From: Amphiscolops sp. MND2022 | Taxonomy: Eukaryota | DNA: 64,000 bases | NCBI GenBank assembly: GCA_964187785.1 | Contig: OZ076409.1 | Coordinates: forward strand, 47,060,001-47,124,000 | Reading direction: 5' to 3' | In this document: in pieces, positions 1-13,645 of the stretch | Layout of the letters: each line of letters starts with the position of its first letter | Numbering within the stretch: the first letter of the stretch is position 1 | Notes under the pieces: model-generated | What the model saw: only the letters and a program-made list of their open reading frames with translations | What the model was told of the DNA's origin: nothing | Database searches by the model: none | Made by a program: the position numbers and the translations under genes

Positions 1-1295
1 CAAAGATGAGCGCAACATATTCGTAATAATAAACGGAAAGCAACTTCAACTCTTTGCACAATAATCATGAAATTTATCAAAACATAATCGAAATCTGGTC
101 ATTAGCCCGATTGTTATTATCATAAAATACAACTGTCACTACTGACTTGAAGCCGATGAATTGACGTTGACCTTACGTCCTATGTTAGGATTATTGTTAA
201 GATATTTTAAGTGCCGTAGTAAATCAAGTGGATTTGTTCCCTTAAGGAGGAACTAAGTAAGGCGTAATATCAACGTGTTTTAGTGATTTACCATGATGAT
301 ACAAATCCAGAACATAAAATTACCATTGCAATTTTCTATCATTCTTCCTTACAGTACAGTTTTCCTTATGTAAAATCATAACTCTTAAATCTTTCAAATG
401 CATCGATTTAAAGGGCTTCGTTTGGATTTCGTTTGAAGCAGTATTTTTCATTTGCGATTTTACAATTCGCTCCGTAGGTGCTACGTATTAAGATTATCTA
501 TAGCAGAACAGCGGAATACAATTTTACAATCCGCTCCGTAAATGTTCCGTACGTATTGAGATTGCTCATTGCTTAGCTGTCAGACCAAGCGGAGAGAAAG
601 CGGAGTGCGTAGGTGAATTCATTCTCTTTCTCTTATTCCAATTGGTGTTGCTAGGGGCAACCGAAATTGATTCTATTTGACTTAGCTAAGAATAGTTCTA
701 TCAATAGAGTGACGTTATCGGTCCGTAGAAGCAAAATTCCTAATATTAGCTCAGTAGATTGACGTTGCCATAGCGTTTTAAATATTTGCTTAAATCACTT
801 GGCTGTGCTTTAAGTGAATATTGACAACCACTTCATCCCTGGAAAACAATTCCGCTCTATTATTTGTCTGTTCTTTTTCATTTTAGATTGTATGAATTCC
901 GTTGGGATCTCGGGATTGAATTTTATTTTAATGTTTTCATTTTAGTGTGGACCAGTGGAAAGAATGATCCCAATTATAGATGTTCATTTTAGTGTTTAGA
1001 TTAGTATGGCAGAAAATCAGAAGATCATACCGGAAATGAAAAATCTTATCACGCACGGAGAATATTTACCCGGAAGTTTTAGCTAAAAATCATTTCTGAA
1101 AAGTGTTCCGTAACGTTTACGTTAGGTTTTGTATTCGGAAAATTATCTGCAATCGATTTAGCTGTACTGTAAGTAGAATTTAGATTAGTTTAAGATTAGT
1201 TTAATAGAGTTTACCTCGGCCTTGTCCTCGACCTCTTCCAAAGCCGGGTATGCCGCTATAGCAGTAGAAATTACGACCGGGAGCGGGTCGTGACA
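1..1295 (-). mobile_element. Partial Gypsy LTR (U3 end at 1295; other end beyond window)
   Basis: Minus strand begins TGTCACGACCCGCTCCCGG, closely matching the start of the TSD-flanked solo LTR at 39718 (TGTCACAGTCCGCTCCCGG). Both carry a short reading frame with APG...GFGRGxG. Confidence 0.65.
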
Positions 1296-1431
1296 ACGTT
1301 ATAGCTCTTCCTTTGCATCAACTGGGGCAAGCTGAGATCTTCGAAACTTGGAGGACTCTGGACTCCGAAGGGGCTGTACGGGCTCTGATTTGATCAACTG
1401 GACAATCCGTCTTTACACCCAGTACAATTGA

Positions 1432-3830
1432 TCAGTTCTGGTCTGGTGGAGAGGGGAAATTATCTGCCGACTTGATCTCCACGCCAGTACCGGATGAATG
1501 CAAGTAAGAAGACCCCATCTTCGACGAACTCGACTGAGTATTCACCGTTGGCGTTGACGTGAGAACCGATGTCTTCGGTGATCTCATGGAACATGTGGTG
1601 CAACAGTACCAAATTAAGTGAAAAGAATTTGTAGGTTTGGAAACTTCAGCTCTAGGGACACTCCCATGGGGGTACTCTAAGAGTAAGGGGAACAAATAGG
1701 ACATTGAAAGCATACTTACAGTCGAACGTTTTCCCCCGGTTGAAGTCGGTAAACATAGCTTGGTGTTTACGATAACACCGACGTCGCTCCAAATTGTCTT
1801 CTGGAACTCGAGGTCGCCGTAAATGGGCAGAAACTTTCGAAGAACAGATAATTGCACCCGGGACCTGTTGTCGGACGAGGAAGACATATAGTCCATTCCA
1901 GACTTATATTCGTCGTAGAACGGCAATTTCTGACCGATCTCCAACAACTCGGCTTTGATGTATTTGGAATGTTCGAGCTCCAACTGATAGACGTTGAGTA
2001 ATTTACCGTCCTTCCCCCTAACTTGGTGTATTCTGGACTTGGTGACTTGATCCACTTTGTAAAGATACTCATACCTCCACCGCTGATCGTTTCGGACGTG
2101 TTCCTCTGTTGAGTGGTGGCGCAAAAATTCTCGGGCACCTTTTCCATAAATGGAGATGTTGGCCTTATAAAGTTGGCAATAAAATTTGAAAGGATTACAC
2201 GTAGGGTCCACCGGCCCAGAGACGAAGATGCGCGACCACTCCATTTCTCTGAAGTATGCCTCCTTCATTATCTTACAAGACTGTGTAACTTTTATTCTTA
2301 CACCAGAATTCGCCTTAGTGGTTGTAAAACGTCCGCTCTGGTTACGAGGAATTCGGCCAGTGCTTCGGCTTTCAAAGAGGCAAGTGTCTGGCTACCCGGA
2401 CTGTCAGCTTCCAATGTGGCATTTTCGGACTTGTGGTACATGAGCTACAAGAAGGATCATCAAAAGCGCTTGGAGGAGCAACGATTCTTTCGGCTGTTGG
2501 ACCTTCGGAAGAGTACCCAATACTAGAGAAGTCGTCATCGCTACGGATGGCTCCACTAGTGACCCTGTACTGTCCAGATGCCTCACTCCCGCCTTGCCGT
2601 ACATCTGGCCTTCCAGTTTTTGTAGACGAAAAAGTATAGCTAGCACAACAGCCTAGATTCAGCTCACTTGCACGCTGAATGAGACTCTCCATCATATCAT
2701 AAGATGCCTTCGCAGTTCATCCGCTACAACTCTAAGCACGCTGCTGATCTGGCCCTCAGTGATCGCAATGGTAGAGTGGCCTTTTGGAAAACAATAGGGA
2801 CCGATGCTTGAAAAGTACTCCTTCATCAGTGCTCGGCTACTTGGTCTAGGCAACGAGTCCTTAAGAGGTCCTGGGGTTCTAATAGGAGTGCAAGTGCTAT
2901 CAGCATCACTAACATCAGGCTGTGGCCCTCGCGACTTCAGGTTCAGCACAGTATGGTAGACCCGACAGGGTTAGTAGTTGACTCCACATAGGTTTCAAAT
3001 CCAAGTTCCGAACTGCTGCAGGCGGCGACCCTGCCCTGTGGCAGATTCTCAACATTCTCGTCACGGTTAGACTCCAATGAGCTCTTGCTTCCAAATAGAG
3101 AGTTCCGAGCTCCGAACTTGGGCGGTGGTTGTACATCAACTGAAGAAGAACTTGCGACTCGGGGTCGTTTGGAGGCACTACGGATCTGATCAGCGGATTA
3201 CGAACTAGTAGTCTGAGGAAAAGGATCGAGAAAAGTCACAGTTGGGAAGGGTGAACTCTGGGGCACAACGATTTGTGGTACATTCAGTGCTGGAGTTACA
3301 CATACAGGTTCACTTCCACTTTCCCTGTGAAGAGCACCTAGCTCACTGGGCTCTCGTTCCAACACTTGTTTACCCAGACTCCTCATCTTACGCGCAAGTT
3401 TCGCCTTAATACTCTCCCCGGGCCTGCTATTGTCAGAAGCGAGTAAGTTGATTAGAGAGGGCGAATAATCTGGGGAATGTGGCCGTTGAGATGCTGGGGC
3501 TCTTTCGGTGACAGGGATAGGAGCAAATATCTCCAGTTTCATGGTCGGACGATGTCCGAGAAAATACGTGCTCAATTATTTCAACCGCTGAAGGCAATAT
3601 TTCGGGTAGAGTTGAAACCAAAGTCGCTTGCTGCGCTGGTGTTGGAGCAGTTTTCTCTATGTCAGACCAAAAGTCTCTATGGCTGGATTAGAATCTTAAT
3701 TGGTTAGGAATTGGCAGCATTACTGGTTTCTGACGACGTTTGGGCTGGTTGGCTGTTTGATCATTTACCTAAACGGAAAGGAATAAATTCCTGCGGTTCA
3801 CTTACTACAAATGAGTCGATCTTACCGCAT
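1432..3830 (-). pseudogene. Decayed homologue of the Gypsy-borne antisense zinc-finger gene
   Basis: Fragmented ORFs 1432-3621. IFVSGPVDP..FYCQL(Y)KANISIYGKGAREFLRHHSTEEH matches the C-x2-C-x16-H-x5-H finger at 25795 and the copy at ~62650. PKGHSTIAITE...ADE matches PLGHSIIAFSE...ADE of ORF 62788-63378. Confidence 0.8.
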
Positions 3831-5764
3831 TTCAAAACCTTCCGGGAGTAATGTTCAATTCATTCAACTCAAGTTGAAAACATTTCACGATGGAGGAAGT
3901 AAAATGTTAGTCGAACCTAAACCCTGATCAAGTTTAGCTTAGAAAAAATTAAAGAACCAACCTGATGCATGCTATTTTCATACCGGGAAGCAAATTTTTA
4001 ACGTTCCAAATGTTGTTCAGGAGACTGTCAGTCAATATATCTGCTATTTGGTTATTTTCCCTCTACAGGGAGGCTTTAGACAAATTTAGGTTTTTTTTTG
4101 AAGTTTTTTCTGAAATGACATATGGACACTGTGCGACTTTTCACCTTTTTTCACTAGAGGTTCACTGTTTGCACTTTTTGGTTGTTCTCAACTGGAATCT
4201 CGCATTTTTCGAACATATAGGGTCACATCTTGGGATGTGCGTACTGGCATCACAACTGTTTGGCATACTCCTGGTATTAAACTGCCTGGGATCTAATGAT
4301 AGAGATATAGTAGAAGTTTGGAGGAAAAATAGTTTAGAAAGTCAACTCAGACGGCATTATGATTGGAGATAACTTCTCCTTGAATGAAGGTGAAGCTTTT
4401 GTATGCACGGTCGCCCTCGCCGCTTAAGACACCTGATCCCCTCCAATCGATTCGCGATTTTCACTCCAATTTTATCTTTACATCCTATTCGACCTGGCTT
4501 AACAAGGAATCCACTGACAGCCTCAACGGCCGCGAGACCCTGATAAATGTGGGAATATGGTTCTAAACTCAGAAAAGTTTACAATAAAATCTAATTAAAT
4601 CATGTGGGCATGATTGTTATGCCAATTTAGATCGATGTCAACAATTGCAATGTTGTATGTCAAATTGTTAGACCTTTGGCATCTAATCATCGTAGGCGTT
4701 AGATCTTATTCCCTTTTCCTCGGCAATTGAATATGAGCAACATAAATAGATCGAATGCCACTTCGACCACCAAATCAGAATTTTTCAACTTGAATCCCAT
4801 GTCGACCCAAATATTTTTTGCAAACAGGATTCGCTCAAAACTTAGTCACTGCTGGAATTAGTTCTGAAACCAACAGCTAACATTTTAAAACAGTGATTGT
4901 TCTGGGTCCGATAACTGATTTTCTTTAACGTTTTAATTTTTTGTATTTTCAAAAATACTAACGTTATTTTCAATTTCTAGTTGGCTGCGCTCCAACAAGC
5001 TTACAGCTGTTAAAAAGCTTGATTTGGAAGAAGAATTTACATAGAATTGTTTCTCTTTTTTTTTCTTATTAGCGAACTTATCTTATTCTCTTTGATTTTC
5101 TAAAAGGATAACCTGTGAAAAAACTCTTCTTAGAGTGACTGTTTGGGCAGTGCTTGTTTTTTTCGTTTTTTTTTGCACACTGAGATTATACAGAATAAGA
5201 AATTGTTGTTTATATCCACTGAAATCAACTTTTTGCACTTTTGAGTTTTAAGCAGACCTAGCTTGAGGGTGTTACCAACAATTTTTAATATCAGAAGTAA
5301 CATATGCCAGCATCGGAATCGAATGTGTGGTTCATCTACTAAGGCTTTCTTAACTGATGTTAAGGCTTTCTTAATGTTTCACTTTTAGCACAGGGTTTAA
5401 AAGAGACTTCCAAACAATTCTGCCAAAAACTCCAAGATTTTGGAGTAAATCTAAGATACATTTTCCACGTGGTCTGGCGTGGGCAGTGACTGGACAGCTT
5501 CGAATGTCGAGCTCTGTTATAAGTTTTGAGTTTTTTGTTTTTCGGACACTGTGCGATTTTCTTGATAGATTTTTTAACGGATGTTTGATATGTTTTGAGT
5601 TGAACAGAAACAATGTTTGGTTTAACAAACGTCCGTTGATACTTTGAGGTTGATTAAAATTTTCCAAATTATTCCTCCCTAGCATTTTCTAAAAGATTTT
5701 GTTATTTTCCGCCCACATATGATGGGGGAGAAGAATCATAATCTATGTTGCTTTTTTTTCAAAA

Positions 5765-5925
5765 ACTGCCAAATCTCCACGATCGCTTTTCACTACTTGA
5801 CTATTTTATTTAGTTACTTGACTATTTTAGTTACTTGATCTCCAGTAATTCAACTCCTCATTACTCACTACTCCACTTGCTAAATCTCCATTTGCCAAAT
5901 CTCCACTTGCCAAATATCCACCTGG
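5765..5925 (+). repeat. Low-complexity tandem repeats (GCCAAATCTCCACTT-like and TTAGTTACTTGACTATT-like units)
   Basis: Several imperfect direct copies visible. Confidence 0.6.
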
Positions 5926-6018
5926 CAGACACGAGGTCGTGGGTTTGAACCAGGACTGATGCGTTACATTTTTAGCGGAAATTAGAAATTATCCCGGTGC
6001 TCAGCGGACGTCTTGTTT
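5924..6018 (+). repeat. Short interspersed repeat fragment (possible tRNA-derived B-box, SINE-like)
   Basis: GGTCGTGGGTTTGAACC resembles a tRNA T-loop/B-box. Its end CCCGGTGCTCAGCGGACGTCTTGT recurs inverted at ~13355-13380. Confidence 0.35.
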
Positions 6019-7767
6019 GGCAACGCTTGTTGTAGCCGTTTTTTGTCGGCGCTTCTCTTTGGAAAAAAAGCGACTGTAGACATTATTTTTTGTTAATTTT
6101 TTGACACTTCTGAACAGTCCAAAATAGTCCTACCAAAAGTTCTTCATTTGGACAAAGTCCCTTTTTGCCATCTGCATACTACCTTTGAACTGTAAAAGAG
6201 TCCCCTTCGACAATAGCACAATCGATATAGGATTCAACGCAAACCGGATACAAAGAATTCCGGATATAATCTATACAGTATTCAACGTTTTTTGGACAAT
6301 TTTTCAATGTTACAAAAGGTTCGCCCTCTTATGTGTTATGATATTTAGATTTGATACAAAATAATTTGAAGCCAAAGGGTCCCTTTTGGATTTTTAGTCA
6401 GCGCTTCATGAAGTGAAACGCGATTATTATAGTGACTTTTTTTCAATTCACACGAACTGTCCAGAATAGTTCTAAAATGTTCTACGAATTTCTTTTGTGT
6501 TAAAATGAACCATTTGGCCTTGCGAACTTAACCAGAAAAGGTTTTCCCCCTTTCAGTTTGTTTTCAGAATTGTGAAACTTTCTTCCTCAACGGAGACTTT
6601 TTTCTCAAAGGGTCCCCCTTCAATTTTTTCAATCTTTTTGATGTTTGGCGACAGAATAGATGTTGAAAAATCCCAAAGGTTCCCCTTTTCAATTTTTGGT
6701 GTTTTGCTACCGTTGTTTTTGGATGTTTTTTTGCTGCGGAAAATAGTGTAAATCAGTCAATTAGTGAATTCTAGTCATTCAGTGTAACTAAGTTTTACTT
6801 GGTGTAATATGAGAAAAAGTGTAAAACCCTATTTATCATAATAACTCACTGTGATTTGGTATTAATGCAAGTCGCAAGATCTGGGAAGTTGCTTGCGGGG
6901 ATATGTTTCGTAATGACAATGGATGGTAAAAAATCCGAAAGGTTCCTCTTTTTAGCGCGCCGAGGCCCGCTAGCGCGCTCCGGTGCGCCATTTTCCTCCA
7001 TTTTTTTACTTTTTCAGGTACTCTTAAAGAATACTTGATACTTTGAAGTCCTTTTGCTATTTTTGAGCCTTAGAATTGGCGCCGACTTATGCCGTCCTCG
7101 GCTTGTTTTTCGGTATTATGAGAATTTGTTCTCCTTCAACTTAACCGAACAGCTGTTTTATTTTGAATACTTTATCATTTTTTGTTTAAACTCTTTTTGG
7201 CTCTGTGCAGCTTTTGAAACTTGCATCTGGTCAAATGCCACCCTCCCACTTTTCTCCCTGATTTCGGCTTGGAGAAAAGGTAGTTCCTTTTTTGCACTAT
7301 GAGACGTTTCCGAAAAAACTCGTATCCTTTGCGTATCCTTTGGTTTTTTTTTAGCACAGAGAAAATGATAAAAGTTTAAAAACAGTGTACTTTGCATATT
7401 CAAGAATCTTGGGCGGTGCGCCGATTTGTGCCGATCCCGGCTTGTTTTTTCAAAATAAAATATAAAACTGATTTTTTAACGTTTCAACCAAAAGCCGGGT
7501 TTCACCTACAGCGGAATAAAGTTAAATTTTTAAAGAAAAACCTTTGCATCAATGGTTACGATGTCTTCCAAGATTTTGTCCAAAACATCAGGAAAAAAGT
7601 TTATACAGTTTTTTTCAGTGAGAACTTTTCAAAACCGACAAAGCTCTCGATTTAGAGCCAATTTGATTATAAATTACTGAGCGTGAAAAGCTTTTTGTTG
7701 TTAGACGGATGCCTTCTGGACATACGTACGCACTAAACCTTTAAACCTTGTGTTTTCTGTTAAAAGT

Positions 7768-9511
7768 TGTCGCAGGCTGCCGCCTGTGACGGCACATTAA
7801 TAACGACGTCAGCGGAAAACCAAGAAATTTTCCCAGGTACTCTACCCACGTTTTAAACTTTCCCTTACTGAAATTTATTTTACTAGTTAATCACATTCGT
7901 TTTGTTTATTCAAGTGCATTTTTATAATTGTTCGTGATATTAGTCTGTTAAAATTACGATTTGGAACTATCCAAATCAGGTTGTGTTTTGAGATTTGTAA
8001 AAGGAAGTTTGGTGTATTGCAAATAGAGTGTTGAAATTAATCAAAGCGGTAACGTACAATAAGCAGGTTAATCGCGAGAAGGAAACGTGTTCAAGTAAGA
8101 AAACGTCCCTTCTCGGCGATGTAACTTTCAGTACGATTATTAGCCAATCAGAGCTTTCCTTTTGCTAATTATGAGTGCTTTATTTATGATGGCCGGATAT
8201 GGCTAATTGACTAAGCGGTGCTAATTTATATCAGTCCCCCAGTCAAATCGACGGCTTCGGCCAGTTCGAGCATAATGATACCTTGTTGCCTAATTGGATC
8301 AATACTTACGCGGAGTTATTAAAATCATGTTTTTAGTTTAAATAAATACGTTTGTGATGTTTTGGTGTTTGTATACTTTTAACTTGGATAAAGGGACAGT
8401 TAAGGCCTTTTACCATGTCTTTCATATGCGCAGTACATGTTATGGATTTGGGCCTATTCCGGCCCTGATATGCGAGTGTATTTTCGTGAATATCGATGCA
8501 GTATTAGAATTCCACACATAGTAATGCATTTCGTTTTCAGCTTAATTTGCAGTAAACTTGTGCCGGCACGTGCCTTCATTTTACATTGCCATAAAATATG
8601 CAGGCTGTGGTATTTGTTTACATCACATTTGAAGTAGGCCTAACTGATAAATTGTTTGAAGTTGCTACTTGATGACTCTGAATACCATTCCTTAAATGTC
8701 CCCCGGAAATATGTAGTTGTCGGGGATTTTCCTATGATGATTGTAAAATCCTATGATTTGTCTTGATCAAAAGTATGTAAAAAATGTGTGTGTCATCCTT
8801 CAGGGGTATAAATACCCATATCCCTGCAGGAGGACACATACTTTGTACTTCTCTCCATTTGATAAAGACGTTCATAATACAAACGGTTTCACTGTTAATT
8901 TTCCGGAATTGATAATTCAAGTCTTCAACCCGGTTCAGTCTTAATGCCTACTACAAGGAAGCAAAAGAAAGCAAGGAAATCTAGAGGATTAGAAATTCTC
9001 TCTGATATTGAAAACCTTGACATAATGTTAGGTGAAAATCACTTCAATGATACGAGGAGAGACGAAAGTCTCGATGGAACTCCCATTATAAGGCAAGAAA
9101 GTATTATAAGTAATAACTTGGAAAATGAGGAAATGGATCTCCATTCTGATCATAGAAATCTTGGAGTTGGGACTAGTACCGGGTACGACCGAAATTCAGC
9201 AAGTATAGATTCTCAAGCTGAGATCAATAAGTTGTCGAGTGAATTGAACTCTAGAATATCTAGAGAAATGGATGTAATGATGGACAGTGTTAGTTCTCAG
9301 ATTCAGAGAGCCATAAGTGACGCCATAAATAATCAGGTTTTGCCCCAGATTCAAAACGTCATTATGGCCGGTTCAGGACAGGAGACTAGAAGGGGATGGG
9401 AGAGATCTGACGAGAGACCGGAAAGTTATTCCGAAGTTCAGTGCAACGCGAAAACTAGAACTACCCTCAATAATGAACACGGTGATAAAACAAACCGTAA
9501 CGTTCTTGACA
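7768..9511 (+). mobile_element. Gypsy solo LTR (1744 bp) carrying gag N-terminus
   Basis: TGTCGCAG...TTGACA termini; 5-bp TSD AAAGT (7763-67, 9512-16); TATAAATA at 8807; ORF MPTTRKQKKARKSR starts at 8944 and runs out of the LTR end. Confidence 0.9.
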
Positions 9512-9618
9512 AAAGTCAAAACGAAACAACAAAAATTCAACAAAAGACGTGCAAGAAGCAGTTTTTGTACAGAATTTCGAATTGTCAGTGCTTTTGTTCG
9601 AATTTTTTTCTGGTTTAA
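8944..9618 (+). CDS. LTR-encoded Gag N-terminal segment reading through into flanking DNA
   Basis: Basic N-terminus plus coiled-coil, like the other LTR ORFs; only the part up to 9511 is element-derived. Confidence 0.6.
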   Translation: MPTTRKQKKARKSRGLEILSDIENLDIMLGENHFNDTRRDESLDGTPIIRQESIISNNLENEEMDLHSDHRNLGVGTSTGYDRNSASIDSQAEINKLSSELNSRISREMDVMMDSVSSQIQRAISDAINNQVLPQIQNVIMAGSGQETRRGWERSDERPESYSEVQCNAKTRTTLNNEHGDKTNRNVLDKSQNETTKIQQKTCKKQFLYRISNCQCFCSNFFLV

Positions 9619-10953
9619 ATTTTCTCAAATTGTCTTGGGCAAAAGCTTAGAAGTTTTTGGAGTATTTTAAAAATTTCGAAAATTTCAAAGTTCCCTGTTT
9701 TTATTATTATTAGGTTTTATTACCGAAAATCACTTTTCTCGTCACTGAGCTACCAATAATAGTTCTCCCGAAAACCATATTTTATTACTCACCTTTAGTT
9801 TGTATCCAAAATGTTGTCGCAAGAGTGTTTTATATGAAGCCGGTTTGTTTATAATGTACAGTTTTTGCCAGCTATTTGGTACAGAGTAAGCTTGAATTTC
9901 TGCAATTACAAGCACCTGTCTTGAACAAAAGCTTTGTATTAGTACACCTGCCATCCCGCTATTCAGATGTTGCATACATGAATGTTTCATGCTTTTATCC
10001 ATTGTCTTTGCTCGAACGTGTACCTCTGAATTCTATCTGATGTTAGAATGTTGCACTCTCCATTCAAAAGAGATTTCTCAGAAAAACGAAAAAACGATGA
10101 AATATAACTCCACTGTACTCTAACGTTAATCCACAGAAATCCGTTGAAGCTAAAGAAACCAATAATTGCAAAATGTGCGGTCGAATGATTCACGTTTCGT
10201 GGTTAAAAAGAAAGAATTGAGCTTTTTATCCCGTTTTTATTTCCATCTGCGTTACATTAGCTAACCAAAACGAACTTAACAAAATATCGAATCTGGGTGG
10301 GTTGTTCAGGATGATTGAATACTGAGAGGACAGCAAAAAAAAACAAAATTGCATTTTAAGAAATAAGCAGGTTTCAGTGGTCCCTGGAAGGCATGACACA
10401 CGCACAATGTTTGGGGACTAAAATGTCGACATAAGTAAATTTCGAAACATGTTTTTCGTTTCACAGTCTGTCGTGGGCGTCGGAGAGAGACGTTGTATAC
10501 CAAATCCGTCGACAAGAGGTGCCATTTAAAGAAAGAAATTTACTGTTGTCATTCCGTCAGTACTTCAATAAAAAGTTTCGTTGCTTCAAGTATTTGGCAG
10601 AATTGAAAATCGATACGATGTATTCAACCTAATTGATAGATGGAACAAATGGGGTGTTCTCCGTTTGCCCCTGCTGTTTCTCGTAGCGACAGCCGAGAGG
10701 GATGGTTTTTGTTGAGAAGATGGAGCAAGTATTCACGTTGGTGACGGTGGTCCAAAATGTTTTTTTCTCTGGGCAGAAACGGTCGTTGAATTTCTGAATA
10801 TCTTCCTTGACGTCAAAGTTTATGAAAATACTTGTTCCATTACAATTCACTAGGTTGAACTTTAGTTTTCGAAACATTTGCGGGGTAGTTGTAGTTATAT
10901 CGAAGTACTGGTTTTTCCCCACACACCTTTTTTTGAAATTTTTTGAGGGTTAC

Positions 10954-12620
10954 TTTGATAATCCTCTTCCTCAGAGTCCTCTTCTGTTATAAATGTTGCG
11001 TCTAAGTTCATTTCATTTCTATGAAATGGCTTGGCTGGATGTCTTAGGCCTTTCAATTTAAAGGCCTGGAGAGGATAATCTTCATCTTCAGAGTCTGAAT
11101 TCTCGTTATGAGGTGCGTGCACTCCTATAGACTTGTCAGTTTTGGATCCCGACGGTTGTATATTTTGGGTATCATTTATTTCGGACCTCGGGTTTGTTAC
11201 TGTTGAAGCACTTTTCTTGGTTTGTTATTTTTTTCAAAGTTGTATCTTGCTTGTTCTCCATTTCTTCTTTCATTTTCATAATTCTATCATTGTTCTCTCG
11301 TTCAAAGCTTTCAGTCCACGCTTGAATCTCATTGCATACTTGACTGGGTTCTGTTAATTGAAGCCTCAAATCATCACCACTTAAAATTCCTTGAATATCG
11401 GTATAAATATTAGTCAAAGTTTCATTACCTTGGTTTGGTGTATCTCCCTGTGTTTCGCTTAAACCTCTGTCAGGGGATGGTGTTTCGAACCTCATAGACC
11501 TTCTGTTTTTCTTGTTTCCCATCCTGCTCAAGTGAAAATGTTTTCACTTTAATTGTTGGGGAAGAATTTGAATTTATTCAAGAAACTTCGTCAGAACAAA
11601 TTGAAAATAAGAAACGAGATTGATTGAAAAGACTGCTTTCGCAAAGATCGAGTTCGGGTTCTTAGGTTCCGAGTGAAAGTTACTTTTCGATTGAATCGTT
11701 CCTTCGCTTGTACCCTTTTCCCCAAAAATATAAAGAATGACAAGCGTTTTTACTGACATCATTGTTTAAAGAAACTACAAATTGAGCAACGTCAAACTCA
11801 CATCATTCTATTTATATCCTTCAAATTATGATACCGCGACATCCTAAATATGATCAAGACGCTTAAGAAACACTGGAAAAGCAACCAAATGAAATATTAG
11901 GCCTTTCAAACGTTATCCAATAGCATATAGATACATGACTGCAAAACACTGAAAAAACATCTAATAATTATATTGCCCCATACACTTTATTTCTCGAACC
12001 GCAAAGTGGCGTTTGCAATATGCTAACATTGTTGCTTAAAGCGAACAGTAGTGTATATACAAGACAGCTCACACCGTATAAGTTACTTGTAGTTCTATTA
12101 TGAACAGCGAAGGCTAACATATATTTGTCAATGTATATACTTTCTTACAACGTGAAATAATATTAAAGAAAACGTAAATTACCGCATGTGCGTGTTACCT
12201 AAAGACGCATGTTTACGTATAGTCAAAAAACGCACAATGCCGCATATCCGCACAATCAATTTAGGCATAATGGCGTGTATAAGATATTTCCAAAATGCAC
12301 TTCGACGTTTATTCACCAAACAATTTAGCGTATGACGCACAACGAAATCAGAAATTCGCAAAATGAGTAGTTGTACGTCATCATTTGTGATGAGTCACAT
12401 CTATAAACAACTTCTCAATGAGGAAAACCTCATTAAATGGTTTAGAAAAGGCCCAAAATAAATCAATCACAAAGTATCAACACACAATTTACATGACTTA
12501 ATCAAAAACGTATATAAAATCAAGTTTATAAAAACTCAAAGTGCTTGTTGAGAGGTTTCGTCAGCTGCCCTTTTCGTCACAGATGCGCCACGGACCCATC
12601 ACATCGCTGTGGCTGCGACA
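10954..12620 (-). mobile_element. Gypsy solo LTR (1667 bp) with frameshifted gag N-terminus
   Basis: TSD GTTAC (10949-53, 12621-25); minus start TGTCGCAGCC; terminal CA mutated to AA; TATA at 11809-16. ORFs 11172-11531 and 10895-11122 are homologous to 48314-48884. Confidence 0.88.
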
Positions 12621-13434
12621 GTTACATATAAGTGCACAAAATCAGTTACTCCTTTATGCAAATCTCGTTTTTTTTAAATATAAGGAAGGATAAACTATGA
12701 TTGAGGGAAAGGGAAGAAGTTCCAAGTCATTTCGGCGGAAACGTAGAACAGTCAAGTATTCGCTGACGGTCCAAAACGATTGCTTCTTGCTGGTATAGGT
12801 AATGAGAAATCTTCGAGCGAAGGTACGTCCCTCTTGCCGGAAGATTCATTGTTTTGGAGTAAAATACAAAAAATTTTTGAATTGCATCTTTCCAATGGGG
12901 AATCATTGGCGTAGACAGGTCAGTAGTACCTGCCTATTTCTTGTTGCGTGCAGCTGGAGCGCTTTTGTGCGAAAATTGGGAAAACAGATTGAATTTTTTA
13001 CTTTTTTTGTGGAAACGCTCTCACTCTCCCTGTCGTACTATTGCCCGACTCTCGGAGAGTTAAAAACACGACCAAGAAGTTTGATGCGCATCGAACAATT
13101 TTGATTAAATTAATCCTGAGTAAAGAACAGGATCTCAGACTAAACAAACTTATGTTGAAAAAAAATAATTTAATGGCATTCGGATGATTCATTCATTTAT
13201 CCAAAACGATGCCTCAAACCAGCAAAAATGTGCGTCTACAAATAATGAAAAAACTTGCAAAATCTTTCTGTTTGTTAAAGGTCCAAAACATCCAAGGTAC
13301 ACGAATCTACTGTTGCCCGATTTATAATTCGATACAATCACCGATGATATTTCCACAAGACGCCCGCTAAGCACCGGGATTTTTTCCGCCCTCTTCGCCT
13401 TCGCTATCTGAACCTATCTGAACGCTATCTAAAG

Positions 13435-13645
13435 AATAAGATCTAAAAGTTAGTGATTTTAGATCTTAATTCCTTTATATCTTATTCCCGTCCTGAAATT
13501 CTAGATCTTATTCCCTTTAGATCTTATTCCCTTTTTTAAACTTCAGATAATATTCCCCGTCTAAGCTAAGTGTGAAGAGTGAGTGAAGTGAGAAGAGTGA
13601 GAAGAGTAAGTAGGTAGAGAAGAGTGAATGAATTGAAGAGTCGAT
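13435..13645 (+). repeat. Short tandem repeats (AGATCTTATTCCC; GAAGAGTGA)
   Basis: About five AGATCTTA(T/A)TTCC-like units followed by GAGAAGAGT units. Confidence 0.6.

Noticed and set aside
5924..5975. tRNA gene
   Set aside because: Only a B-box-like stretch; no cloverleaf or A-box could be built.
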